Of a DNA stretch of 64,000 nucleotides, positions 19,201 through 27,907 are shown piece by piece. The DNA is from a virus (taxonomy: Duplodnaviria > Caudoviricetes). The stretch is taken from positions 1 through 64,000 of IMG/VR virus record IMGVR_UViG_3300020037_002952; one strand, written 5' to 3'. The first letter of the stretch is position 1, and every line of letters starts with the position of its first letter. The translations under genes were made by a program, and so were the position numbers. The notes under the pieces were generated by a model, which ran no database searches, had not been told where the DNA came from, and saw only the letters and a list, made by a program, of their open reading frames with translations.

Positions 19201-19704
19201 GAAGTCTACCGACCTATTGCTTACGCAATGGACGGTACTGGTGCTGGACAACCGGTAGTTAGTCTTTTAGAAAATAAAGTTGAAGAAGATCCGTCTACTC
19301 AGCATATGTTTGATAGGATTAAGTCCTATAACTTCAGCCAGAAAGTTATTGTCGGCTTTGATAACACTATTAAAATTGATGAGCGTAAAGTTGATGGTTA
19401 TATGGATGCGGCTATTTATCGTCCATTTCTAGAGGCTTCCGCTGATGCCATGAGAGTTTTAATTGATAATACTAGATTTATGCTTCCATACGATAAGGAA
19501 GTTATTGGTGAGCTTCAGTCAACTCCTAAAAATACCCGCACAATGCCCGACGCCTATGGTAAATCTACTCATAAGAAGACTGGACAGCATACATTAGATG
19601 CTATGAGAATGGCGGTTATGGCTTATTCAACTACTCACATTGATGAGTTCATCGCCGCACACCAGAAGATCTGGGTCGCCCCTTCCATGATTTTCCTTGA
19701 CTAA
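16216..19704 (+). CDS. Terminase large subunit with three inteins (spliced about 538 aa)
   Basis: Walker A GSRSVGK|S, Walker B LEQDEA|S, nuclease IGMDFG, DGTGAG, HTLDAMR. Confidence 0.93.
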   Translation: MIYEQLTDNECYLYALTQDESGLDLAEFCYIDETSEDGCFRAWPIQYAWWRKKDQKQISAGSRSVGKALAVDTPIFTLDGWKLMGDIEEGDFVLHPSGAPNCVIETHEIYDDRPCYQIDFSNGGRITADSNHLWVVWDDLNNPLMVTTHALYKNYSTYKIPEQQTAWAGHIAPKAVESWITIDSVIKVEPQPTRCITVESDDGMFLAGQALIPTHNSLSIKFRAFAFPFLNPGEEMIVTAPENIHLEAVTDNIETLYVNNKLASEMIVGGRGGITHRPFRMNFSNGARIMGRIPQLDGSGIKGCFEKGTLVLTRRGCIPIEAVEVGDIVFTHLGNWKKVTHTWIFQEETPVRVQANRLSEGVVCSGIEPFWARYGNTLNMKQNEPEWCFAKDLAVQKNRRHRWNLLSPAEFPEETQPAFPFKYDEKEVETLYWLFGLYQAEGSSSIKSGQVTFSVHEEEVDCVKSAINRIGYNAGATRKKGLGMDVYFSSQPFITFLREEFKACKEKTIPVWMYGAPRELKEAFFSGALYGDGCWRHESLNEYITVIRSLAYEMKMFAQSLGYVASVHRNNTSTNFGDNGWYRVLVSDQPESSNFIDGHIMSGVQNVEELAPMTVYDLTVEDDHSFTANSVFARNTHPIWLEQDEACFPGETLVFTHKGHIRIDEIEIGDYVLTHKNRWKKVLNVWDRGERETINVKGFIVPTPTRLISKTIRVTPNHRFYAKKSQYSPTEWIRADELKGCLWSYFVDGRLVFGAVGKEYELDPEICRVYDIEVEDDHSFVAEGIVVHNSDYPEKGWDEIVETVKVQNPKARWRAHGVTRGVGDKFDEKISGSESEWAVIRLPAMYRPNWTDNERKSKIEEYHGYDSPNYRRNILGLPGDNNSPMFVLHRIMANVVLDLEDNYNAFEYYNTFIDEAMIREVDDILELIDIPASHSSYSRFWIGMDFGWTQAPSAIAVFAEIRNPKKDETSLKLLTKIILKRVAPIDQFKVIMHLMEVYRPIAYAMDGTGAGQPVVSLLENKVEEDPSTQHMFDRIKSYNFSQKVIVGFDNTIKIDERKVDGYMDAAIYRPFLEASADAMRVLIDNTRFMLPYDKEVIGELQSTPKNTRTMPDAYGKSTHKKTGQHTLDAMRMAVMAYSTTHIDEFIAAHQKIWVAPSMIFLD
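16417..16863 (+). mobile_element. Class 3 mini-intein (149 aa) in the TerL P-loop
   Basis: Starts with Ala (ALAVDTP); WCT triad: HLW, TRCITV, PTHN; +1 Ser. Confidence 0.88.
17125..18120 (+). mobile_element. Intein (332 aa) with LAGLIDADG endonuclease in TerL
   Basis: CFEKGTLVLT...VYDLTVEDDHSFTANSVFARN, +1 Thr; FGLYQAEG and FSGALYGDG helices. Confidence 0.9.
18154..18582 (+). mobile_element. Mini-intein (143 aa) in TerL
   Basis: CFPGETLVFT...VTPNHRF...VYDIEVEDDHSFVAEGIVVHN, +1 Ser. Confidence 0.92.
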
Positions 19705-19734
19705 GACGTTAAATAGACTAGAAAGAAGTTTAAA

Positions 19735-20040
19735 ATGAGTTTAGAACAGATTGATAATACATTACAAGAGTATCGAGATGAGTTGCTCAAATATCATAAA
19801 GAGATGTACGATTTTCATAAAGTTCGGGTTCCGTTAGAGATTCAAGCCAAATGTTCCGCCTTTCATGCACGAGCAGCTTGGATTAGAAACACAATTATAC
19901 GGTCACCACAACAGAAGGTTATTAGGTTCAGAATCGATGAACTTGACCCCTTTATCTCAGAAGTAAAAAATCAGCAAGCAATTTGGAGTAGATACTCTGC
20001 CATTCTAAAAGATGAGTATGAAATGACGAAAGGACTGTAA
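19735..20040 (+). CDS. Hypothetical protein between terminase and portal
   Basis: 101-aa ORF with RBS and an upstream GACGTTAA motif. Confidence 0.7.
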   Translation: MSLEQIDNTLQEYRDELLKYHKEMYDFHKVRVPLEIQAKCSAFHARAAWIRNTIIRSPQQKVIRFRIDELDPFISEVKNQQAIWSRYSAILKDEYEMTKGL

Positions 20041-20043
20041 GTT

Positions 20044-22758
20044 ATGGAAATGGGTAGCTTCTACGAAGACTTTGATTCTGGTACAGATGAGATTTTTTTA
20101 GTTAACCAATCTGGATTAGAAACAGCCGAGGTTATCCAGTCTCTCCAAGAAAACATCCCAGAACTTGCGAGAATCAACAAATGGATTGACTCGTGGTCTG
20201 GAAGCGCTACCCGATCCGGTGGAGTCCGAGAACAGAATAAGTTCGTTATTCCTGAGGGCGTGTTTAACCAGTTTAAGGTTGCGGCTGAAGCCGTCAAAGT
20301 TGACGACGTTGTTGGTAACGCTGTAGACACAACAGAACAGTTAGCTTTCAAAACCATCAAACTTGAGTGTGGCGAAGAAGAAGAAACGAATATTGCTAAT
20401 CAGATTTTAGATAATCTAGATTTAGAAAAAAGAATGAGAGAGATTTGGCGTGAACTTTTCACTATCTCTCAATGTTACCCTGCTGTCATTTGGGAGCGTA
20501 AAGACTTCAAAGTTAAAGGTAATTCGCCTTCTGGCAAAAAGAGCAAGAAGGTTTATAAGCAAGTTATGGTGCCGAAAGGTATCACTCTTTTAGATCCGTG
20601 TAAGATTATCCCCGTTGGGAATTTTATGTTCGGTCAAGAAAGATTAGCTTATATTGCTGACATAGGGGAGAAGGCTCAATTAGATAAGACTCTTGCTGGG
20701 GACAATAGTAGTGATCTTATTGTGAACCAACTGTTTGAAGGTCCGTATAATCCAGATATGCATGAACGCCAAGAAATCGCTAAGATTACTGGCGATACTA
20801 CTTCTAGCAGCCGAATGTTCCTTCTTAAAGAAGATGCTGTTTGGCGGATTACTTCATCTCGTCCGGCTTACCAAAGATTCGCTGATGTCAGAATGCTTTC
20901 CGTTTTCCCTCTTCTAGACATGAAGCATAATCTTCGAGCGTCCGATCGGGCGGATATTCTCGGTAACCTTAACTGCATTATTCTTGTGAAGAAGGGTAAC
21001 GATGACCACCCAGCGGAACAGCCTGAACTTGCCCAAGTGGCGCTTCAGATGAAAACTTCAGCTAAAGTCCCTATGATCATCTCTGACCATAGACTTGAGA
21101 TTGAGATTCTTACTCGTAAGACGGATAACGTATTGCGCCCGGAACGGTATAACACGTTGAACTCATCCATTGCATCACGCATGTATCAAACTTTAAATAC
21201 GGGAAACTATTGCGTAACTCCCGATACCGAAATTCTTACTCGTTCAGGGTGGAAAACGCATGACCAGTTAGTTAATGGCGAAGAGGTTTATACCCTTAAT
21301 ATTGATACGGAAAATGGTGAATGGCAGGAAATTAAAGCTGTAAATGTTTTCAATTATGAAGGCGAGATGCTTTCAATGGAATCTTATGGCCATTCATCTA
21401 TGTCAACCCCAAATCACCGTTGGTGGGTTCACGGTCAAATCCAAAAAGACTATAAGAAAACTCATGAGGGCACTTGGAGAACAAGTGAAAGTTTAAAACT
21501 TTTTGATCGCATCCCAATTTGTGCTCCAATGGAAGCTTTCCCAGCGGAAGCTAAATACACGGATGAATTGGTAGAATTAGCCGCCTGGTTTTGGATGGAA
21601 GGACATAGAATGGTCGGCTCACCCAATAGAATCTCTATTTCACAATCGCAAACACATAACCCAGATTACTGCGATAGAATTCGCCTTCTCTTAGAAAAAA
21701 CTTTTGGTCCAGAGGGCAAGGTTGCTGACGGAGGGGTATGGTATCAAAAAAATAACGGTCAAGAATTTCTTGTTAGCGCACATGTTACAGAGCCACTTTT
21801 CGACTTATTTGATCTTGGGCCATCTGGCGTCACCAGCCCAAAGCGTCCCAACTTAGATTTTCTTTATTCCTTAACTAGGGAACAAATGGTAATTTTTGTT
21901 GATACTTGCATTAAGGGCGACGGCCATACGGAGGCATCTGGCCGATCAAAATTAGTTCAAAAAGATTTAAAATCGGTCGAATTATTTGGCCTATGCTTAA
22001 CTATGCTTGGAATTCCCTCTAGAGCGAGGCTTGACAAAAGTAAAGAAGAGTCTGGCGTGTGGGTTGTTGAACTTCTGGAACGACAAACTACGTCTCCGTT
22101 GGCGGCGGCTAGAGAAGCATCTGCAAAAAATAGGAACTCAGCCTCAGTAGAATGGGTCCCTTATTCCGGCTTAGTTTGGTGTCCAACGACCGCTAATGGG
22201 ACTTGGTTTGCCCGTAGAAATGGCAAGGAGTATTTCACGGGCAATTCCTCTGGAACTGGCATGGATGATTCTAATAAGTTGTTTAAGGTAATCGCCTCTT
22301 CCATGGAAGCGAGACGAGACGAGATTCGTGATTCTATCATGACTCATATCATTAAGAAAATCTGGGAGAAGAATGCAGACAAGTTCAAGGGCGAACCAGA
22401 GATGGTTTTCAATCCAAGAAGAGTTGCCCTTGAGTTCAACCCTCAGTTCACTCAGATGATTTATGATCTTTTTATCCGTGGAGACATTTCTCGTGAGACG
22501 ATGCTTGCAGAGCTTGATATCTCCCAAGAACAAGAAGCTGCTAAACGACGTATTGAAGATGATTTATATGAAGATGATTTTGAGCCACGAGTTGACCCAG
22601 GAAAAGACAACATTGCCTTAACTGGAGATCCTAAGGCAGATGGTCGAGCGGGCGGCGGGAACAACAACGGCGGCGGCGGAAATGGTGATGCATTCTTACC
22701 TAATGATACTCAGCCAAAGGAAGACCCGAAAGACAAAAAGAAGAAAACTGACGATTAA
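20044..22758 (+). CDS. Portal protein with one intein (spliced about 559 aa)
   Basis: Position after TerL and before protease/scaffold/capsid; size; GDISRETML motif and acidic/Gly-rich tail. Confidence 0.8.
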   Translation: MEMGSFYEDFDSGTDEIFLVNQSGLETAEVIQSLQENIPELARINKWIDSWSGSATRSGGVREQNKFVIPEGVFNQFKVAAEAVKVDDVVGNAVDTTEQLAFKTIKLECGEEEETNIANQILDNLDLEKRMREIWRELFTISQCYPAVIWERKDFKVKGNSPSGKKSKKVYKQVMVPKGITLLDPCKIIPVGNFMFGQERLAYIADIGEKAQLDKTLAGDNSSDLIVNQLFEGPYNPDMHERQEIAKITGDTTSSSRMFLLKEDAVWRITSSRPAYQRFADVRMLSVFPLLDMKHNLRASDRADILGNLNCIILVKKGNDDHPAEQPELAQVALQMKTSAKVPMIISDHRLEIEILTRKTDNVLRPERYNTLNSSIASRMYQTLNTGNYCVTPDTEILTRSGWKTHDQLVNGEEVYTLNIDTENGEWQEIKAVNVFNYEGEMLSMESYGHSSMSTPNHRWWVHGQIQKDYKKTHEGTWRTSESLKLFDRIPICAPMEAFPAEAKYTDELVELAAWFWMEGHRMVGSPNRISISQSQTHNPDYCDRIRLLLEKTFGPEGKVADGGVWYQKNNGQEFLVSAHVTEPLFDLFDLGPSGVTSPKRPNLDFLYSLTREQMVIFVDTCIKGDGHTEASGRSKLVQKDLKSVELFGLCLTMLGIPSRARLDKSKEESGVWVVELLERQTTSPLAAAREASAKNRNSASVEWVPYSGLVWCPTTANGTWFARRNGKEYFTGNSSGTGMDDSNKLFKVIASSMEARRDEIRDSIMTHIIKKIWEKNADKFKGEPEMVFNPRRVALEFNPQFTQMIYDLFIRGDISRETMLAELDISQEQEAAKRRIEDDLYEDDFEPRVDPGKDNIALTGDPKADGRAGGGNNNGGGGNGDAFLPNDTQPKEDPKDKKKKTDD
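21211..22245 (+). mobile_element. Intein (345 aa) with LAGLIDADG endonuclease in the portal
   Basis: CVTPDTEILTRSGW...TPNHRW...LAAWFWMEG...TCIKGDG...VWCPTTANGTWFARRNGKEYFTGN, +1 Ser. Confidence 0.92.
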
Positions 22759-22780
22759 TTAAAGGTATAGGAGGTTTATT

Positions 22781-23539
22781 ATGACTATTTTAACTGAAGG
22801 CGAATCAAGCCTCTTTATTACTGCGCCAGCTACATTAATTGATGATGACCGGGATACTGCTGCTTGGGCTTCAAAACATATTATTTCTAACCCAAATATT
22901 AAATGGGTGTTAGGGAAGTATGTTGAAGCTGATAATGCTAACAGCAATGGGCAGTATTGGTCATACGAAGATCTTCAGATGACCCAACCGACGATCAGTC
23001 ATTCTCCCATGAACATTGATCACCACGCTTCAGAAATTGTTGGGACTTGGGTGGCTTCAGAAATGATGCATCCTACCGATAACGATAACGTAATCAATCC
23101 CTACATTGAAACTCTAGGAGCTTTCTGGAAATTCTATTTTCCAGATACGCTAAAAAAGATTGAGTCGGCTTATCAGACTGGCGAACTTTTTATTTCTATG
23201 GAATGCGTTTCAGAGACGGTCACCTGTGCTGGCGAGAATGGTTGCGGCGAAACATTCAAATATGCTGGACCGAACTCTTCTTCATACTGCGATCATATCA
23301 AGGAACGAGCTAGCGTTCGACAGTTAAATAATCCTAGTTGGCTTGGTGGAGCATTAATTATTCCTCCTACTCGCCCAGGCTGGAAAAACGCAGACGTAAC
23401 TGAAATATCTAAGAATACTAGCGACGAAACTAAAGATAAAATTCTTGTTGAAATTGCTAAAACAATGCCTCACCTTGGTCCTTCCGAATGGGAAAAAACG
23501 ATGTGGGCGATCCAAATGCAGGCACTTACTAAAAATTAA
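22781..23539 (+). CDS. Putative prohead protease
   Basis: NSNGQ, PMNIDH, ISMEC..CxxC/CDHI, GALI.P motifs; lies between portal and scaffold. Confidence 0.65.
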   Translation: MTILTEGESSLFITAPATLIDDDRDTAAWASKHIISNPNIKWVLGKYVEADNANSNGQYWSYEDLQMTQPTISHSPMNIDHHASEIVGTWVASEMMHPTDNDNVINPYIETLGAFWKFYFPDTLKKIESAYQTGELFISMECVSETVTCAGENGCGETFKYAGPNSSSYCDHIKERASVRQLNNPSWLGGALIIPPTRPGWKNADVTEISKNTSDETKDKILVEIAKTMPHLGPSEWEKTMWAIQMQALTKN

Positions 23540-23562
23540 ATGCTAAGGATATGTTAATAAAG

Positions 23563-23590
23563 TAAACATTTTTTCATAAGGTGCCGTTAT
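23563..23590 (+). promoter_or_regulatory. Sigma28/WhiG-type promoter for the scaffold-capsid operon
   Basis: TAAA-N16-GCCGTTAT. Confidence 0.7.
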
Positions 23591-23619
23591 GTTTGTTAGA
23601 CAGTCTAAAGGAGTTTTTT

Positions 23620-24324
23620 ATGGATAAACTTAAAGAAGCACATGACAAGCTTCTAGCGGAGAAATCTGATGAAGATACTCATGATGAAATTAGCTGTCCT
23701 TTTTGTAATCCTGAATTAAAACTAGACTCCGAAGAAGGGGGTAACGTGGAAACATTTACTAAAGAACAACTAGATGCAGCTATTGCGCTAGCAGTCGCCC
23801 CGCTTCAAGCGGAACTTGACTCACTTAAAAACGCTCAGGTAGAAGATGAAACAAGCGCTCAGATTGCTCAGGCTCAGGCCGAGGCAGATGCTCGTGTTGC
23901 TGAAGTCCAGACTGAACTTGATGCCAAGGTGCTCGAAGCTGCTGAAGCCACACGTAAGTTTGAAGAGCTTGAAGCTTTTCTTGCTGATTCAGCTGCTGCT
24001 GAACAGGCTGCGGCTCAGTTCGAGGCTCTTAAGACTGAACGTCTTGCAGCGATTAAAGAGGTTGCCTCTTTCCCCGCTGATCACATCGACAAGAATATCG
24101 AACGCTGGGTTGCGATGGATGAAGATTCCTTCGCTGATCAGCTTGAAACATGGAAGCTTCTGTCCACAGCGTCAGACGATTCCGACAGTGATGATGGCAA
24201 AGTCCCCGAGACAGCCATGAAACAGACTCGGAGCGAAAGCGGCAAACTTAGTTTCCGTGACACTCTTAGTAATATTAACAAGACTGCTAAAGCCTCAGGT
24301 ATTAGCATTAAGTCCCTAAACTAA
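23620..24324 (+). CDS. Capsid scaffolding protein
   Basis: Ala/Glu-rich coiled coil; AAGGAG RBS before ATG 23620; precedes the capsid genes. Confidence 0.75.
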   Translation: MDKLKEAHDKLLAEKSDEDTHDEISCPFCNPELKLDSEEGGNVETFTKEQLDAAIALAVAPLQAELDSLKNAQVEDETSAQIAQAQAEADARVAEVQTELDAKVLEAAEATRKFEELEAFLADSAAAEQAAAQFEALKTERLAAIKEVASFPADHIDKNIERWVAMDEDSFADQLETWKLLSTASDDSDSDDGKVPETAMKQTRSESGKLSFRDTLSNINKTAKASGISIKSLN

Positions 24325-24340
24325 GAAAGGGGGTTGAAGA

Positions 24341-24898
24341 ATGTCAACTCGTAACTTCGAATTTCGTGTAAGCCCCCGAGGTGGGGAACGTGGCGGAAGG
24401 TTTGTTCTTGGTGGTTCCACAACCTTGACTTCAGGTGTTCCTGTGGTCGTCAGTGGAGCGCCGGATGCAACCGGATGCGCAACAGTTGTTCTTGCAACTG
24501 GAGATCAGGTTAAGCCTAAGGCTGGTGCCGGTGGTGTGCTCGTCTATGAAAAGATTGATTTCGATGGTCTTGACCAAGTTATCAACACCTACTCTGACTC
24601 GGATACTGTGGCCCCAGGCCAGCGTGTCCAGGTTGTGACAGGTGAAAACAACGTGAAGGTTGCGCTTATTAATACTACAGCGACAACTTTCCTTAACCGG
24701 ACAAGCTATCCTACCGCCAGAATTATGGTGGCCGGTGTTAGCATCGCAACTCCAACTCTCGCAGTTAACGACTACCTTACCCCTGGTACTGGTAACGCTA
24801 CTGACGGGTATTGGGCGAAAACGTCCACTGCTGCCAACGGGTGGCTTGTCGTAACCGCAATCAACGGCGATGTCGTTGAAGCTAAGATGAACTTCTAA
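24341..24898 (+). CDS. Capsid decoration/cement protein
   Basis: Beta-rich 185 aa directly upstream of the MCP; strong RBS. Confidence 0.6.
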   Translation: MSTRNFEFRVSPRGGERGGRFVLGGSTTLTSGVPVVVSGAPDATGCATVVLATGDQVKPKAGAGGVLVYEKIDFDGLDQVINTYSDSDTVAPGQRVQVVTGENNVKVALINTTATTFLNRTSYPTARIMVAGVSIATPTLAVNDYLTPGTGNATDGYWAKTSTAANGWLVVTAINGDVVEAKMNF

Positions 24899-24911
24899 GG
24901 AGGGAATAACA

Positions 24912-25841
24912 ATGTTTAAAGAAACAAACGCTGAACTAAAGGCCCTCCAAGATCAGATCGACCAGCTTAATGCTGAAGCGGCTGATAAGGTTCGGGATCA
25001 GGCATGGCGCACGGAACGCTCACATGAAATCGCCGAAGAAATCTTCGAAGGTTTCATGAGTGAAAACCTCGTAGACCAGCTTACAACCACAGAGTATCTT
25101 CCACGTAACGGTCGGTCCACAATCCGCGAAACCCGCGGCCTAAAGGCTTTCCACGTTGCCCGTGGTGGTTACATCGAAGAGAGCTTCTTGCACTCAGAGG
25201 TCACAGAGATTGAACGAGATCAGATTGGTTTCCACGTTGTGGAGCACCTTGACCGTCTCGAAACCAATTTCGCAGTGACAGCTTCAGATCTTATTGATCT
25301 TGGCAAGAAACGTCTTGACGCAGAAATCAACCGGCGTGTGCTCGCAACCTTCCAGGCTGCGGTTCCGTCAAGCTCACCTTACTATACAGCAGCTTCCGGC
25401 GTTACTCTTACACAGATTAACACAGCCATTGCAGCAGTGCAGGATGAGACAGCGGTTGGCGAACTTCCGGTCATTATCGGTCGAGCACCGATGATCCGTA
25501 AGATCGAAGATGCGCTTACAGCGAACAACACCTACTCACTTTTTCTCCCGGAAACAAATGAGTCGCTTCTACGCTCAGGAGTCCTTGGCTCCTACCGTGG
25601 CTGCACCCTTGTTCAGTTGAAGAACTATCTTGATGAGGATGGCGATTCTTATTTCCCCGGAAATGAGCTTTGGTTCCTTGGTAAAGATGCTGGAAAGACA
25701 GCCTTCTTCGGTACTCCTCGTATCCATGATATGGTTGACTTCGAAGATTACTGGCACTATAGCTATCGTGCCGATTATGGTACGATCGTGACGCGGCCAG
25801 AACGGACTCGTAGAATCGTGGATTCAACAGTTTCCGCTTAA
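24912..25841 (+). CDS. Major capsid protein (HK97 fold)
   Basis: 309 aa, strong RBS, VARGGYI and GVLGSYRG..LV motifs, followed by a strong terminator. Confidence 0.85.
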   Translation: MFKETNAELKALQDQIDQLNAEAADKVRDQAWRTERSHEIAEEIFEGFMSENLVDQLTTTEYLPRNGRSTIRETRGLKAFHVARGGYIEESFLHSEVTEIERDQIGFHVVEHLDRLETNFAVTASDLIDLGKKRLDAEINRRVLATFQAAVPSSSPYYTAASGVTLTQINTAIAAVQDETAVGELPVIIGRAPMIRKIEDALTANNTYSLFLPETNESLLRSGVLGSYRGCTLVQLKNYLDEDGDSYFPGNELWFLGKDAGKTAFFGTPRIHDMVDFEDYWHYSYRADYGTIVTRPERTRRIVDSTVSA

Positions 25842-25869
25842 TGGCAATATTAACCTAAACGATTACCTA

Positions 25870-25901
25870 AAGATCCGCCCTTCGGGGCGGATCTTGCTTT
25901 T
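25870..25901 (+). terminator. Intrinsic terminator after the MCP
   Basis: AAGATCCGCCC-TTCG-GGGCGGATCTT followed by a T-rich tail (cUUCGg loop). Confidence 0.92.
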
Positions 25902-25906
25902 ATCGT

Positions 25907-25935
25907 TTGCTTTTTAAAAGAAAGTGTGATATACT
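25907..25935 (+). promoter_or_regulatory. Sigma70/SigA-type promoter (leaderless)
   Basis: TTGCTT-N17-TATACT with TG, 6 nt to ATG 25942; close copy of the promoter at 7208. Confidence 0.75.
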
Positions 25936-25941
25936 GGCATT

Positions 25942-27861
25942 ATGACTACAGCACAACTCTTTAAAGCTTTCGGCGAAGAAAAAACTATCATGGACTGGGC
26001 CAAAGATCCACGATGTGAGGTTTCGGCTGGTACACTTAGAATTCGTATTAAAAAAGGTATGACGCTAGAGGAAGCCATTTCTCAACCCAAGCTTCCACTA
26101 TGGGAGGCTTTTGGTGAATGTAAAACTTGGACCGAGTGGTGGAGCGATCCACGTAGAATTGTTGAAAACGAAAGAACTGTTCGCTCACGTCTAGATGCTG
26201 GCTGGTCATTTGAAGATGCTATTACTAAAAAGGTTGGCCAGGAACGACAATTATATCAAGCTTTTAATGAGTCTAAAACAGTCACCGAGTGGGCTGATGA
26301 TGAAAGATGTGTTGTTGGGTTTTCTACCTTATGGAGTCGGCTTCAAAAAGGATGGGAATTTTCAAGAGCATTAACAGAAAAATCCGAGGGAGTAACGGAA
26401 TACACTTTTGACAGCGAAACCAAAAGTCTAAGCAAATGGTCTATAGACGACAGATGTGTTGTTGCTTGGAATGTTTTACGGCGTAGAGTTGAGGATGAAA
26501 AATGGGATTTAAAAAAAGCTTTAACAACTCCCGTTCTTATTGAATTTGAAGCCTTTGGCGAAACTAAGTGCTTGGAACATTGGATTAAAGATGAAAGATG
26601 TTTAGTTTCGTGGCAAACAGTCCGCTATCGGGTGAATAATTTAGGTCTTCAGCCTGGCGACAATATTGAAACTGTTCTTACCGATCCAATAAAAGATTTG
26701 ACAATAACTACTCACGATGCTTTTGGTGAATCGAAAACTCTGACTGAGTGGTCGCTAGATGAAAGATGCGTTCACAATAATCGTGACTTATTAAGTTCGA
26801 GGCTTTACATTGGTTGGGATATCGAAAAAGCAATACAAGAAGATTATGTTACTAGGGACGCTAAAACATATAAAGCCTTTAATAAGGACTTGTCTCTCTA
26901 TCGTTGGGTTAATGAACCAGAATGTGTTGTTCAGCACCCCGTAACGATATACAGCCGAATTCAAGGCAATATGCCAGTAGAAGAAGCTTTAACTAGAGAG
27001 GTTGGCATGTCAAGCTCATATCCAGAACAAATGCTTGCCAACTATATTGAGTCTCTTGGATTTGATATTGTTCGTAATGACCGCACGGTAATCCCGCCGA
27101 AAGAGCTAGACATTTTCATTCCAGAAAAAAATGTTGCAATTGAGTTTAACGGACTGTACTGGCATTCAGAAAAATTCAATCATAAAAACTATCATTACAA
27201 CAAATATATCTCCTGTGAAGCTAAGAATGTCCGGCTTATCCAAATTTGGGAAGATGACTGGAATTTTAAACAAGATATTGTTTGCAAAATGCTCGCCCAA
27301 AAACTTGGAGTATTAAGCCAGCAATCTGTTTATGCTAGAAAATGTAAAATAGATTCTAGCGTTGGAGTTAATGAAGCGAAACAATTTCTCAATGAAAACC
27401 ATATACAAGGCTGGACTACTTCTTCATACTACTACGGGTTAAGATTTGAGGGTCTGCTCGTTGCATTGGTATGCATGAAGAAAGTTGATGATAAAAACGC
27501 TGTTTGGGATCTGGTCAGGTTCGCCACATCAGCAAATGTTCCGGGCGGGTTCTCCAAACTTCTCAAAGCTTTCAGAAAAGACCACGATGGAGCTATTAAA
27601 ACTTTCGCTGATCTCACTTTATCAGATGGTGGACTATATTATCAAACAGGATTTGTTATGGATAAGTTTATCTCACCAGACTATTTCTACGTAGAAACTG
27701 GGAATCCAATACGATCGCACAAGTTTAGCTACAGAAAAAAAAGATTTAAAAATGATCCTGAACTTTTCTATGACGAGAGCATGACTGAAGGCGAGCTTGC
27801 CGCTGCTAATGGTTTGTTGAAAATTTATGATGCCGGTAAGTTACGGTTTGTTTTAAAGTAG
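25942..27861 (+). CDS. Free-standing Hef-like endonuclease: 7 tandem ~50-aa repeats + PD-(D/E)XK (Vsr-like) nuclease + GNAT/Mom-like domain
   Basis: Repeats AFGExKTxxEWxxDxRC..TLxxR..GW..EEA; nuclease ELDIFIPEKNVAIEFNGLYWHS; C-terminal YARKC..FLNENHIQG..LVRFA..GGFSKLL..LYYQTGF. Confidence 0.8.
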   Translation: MTTAQLFKAFGEEKTIMDWAKDPRCEVSAGTLRIRIKKGMTLEEAISQPKLPLWEAFGECKTWTEWWSDPRRIVENERTVRSRLDAGWSFEDAITKKVGQERQLYQAFNESKTVTEWADDERCVVGFSTLWSRLQKGWEFSRALTEKSEGVTEYTFDSETKSLSKWSIDDRCVVAWNVLRRRVEDEKWDLKKALTTPVLIEFEAFGETKCLEHWIKDERCLVSWQTVRYRVNNLGLQPGDNIETVLTDPIKDLTITTHDAFGESKTLTEWSLDERCVHNNRDLLSSRLYIGWDIEKAIQEDYVTRDAKTYKAFNKDLSLYRWVNEPECVVQHPVTIYSRIQGNMPVEEALTREVGMSSSYPEQMLANYIESLGFDIVRNDRTVIPPKELDIFIPEKNVAIEFNGLYWHSEKFNHKNYHYNKYISCEAKNVRLIQIWEDDWNFKQDIVCKMLAQKLGVLSQQSVYARKCKIDSSVGVNEAKQFLNENHIQGWTTSSYYYGLRFEGLLVALVCMKKVDDKNAVWDLVRFATSANVPGGFSKLLKAFRKDHDGAIKTFADLTLSDGGLYYQTGFVMDKFISPDYFYVETGNPIRSHKFSYRKKRFKNDPELFYDESMTEGELAAANGLLKIYDAGKLRFVLK

Positions 27862-27907
27862 TCGATATATATTATAGTATACAGTTTATGGTTCAAAGGA
27901 GATAGAA

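Noticed and set aside
22650-22685. GGC/AAC trinucleotide runs
   Set aside because: They simply encode the low-complexity GGGNNNGGGG tail of the portal.
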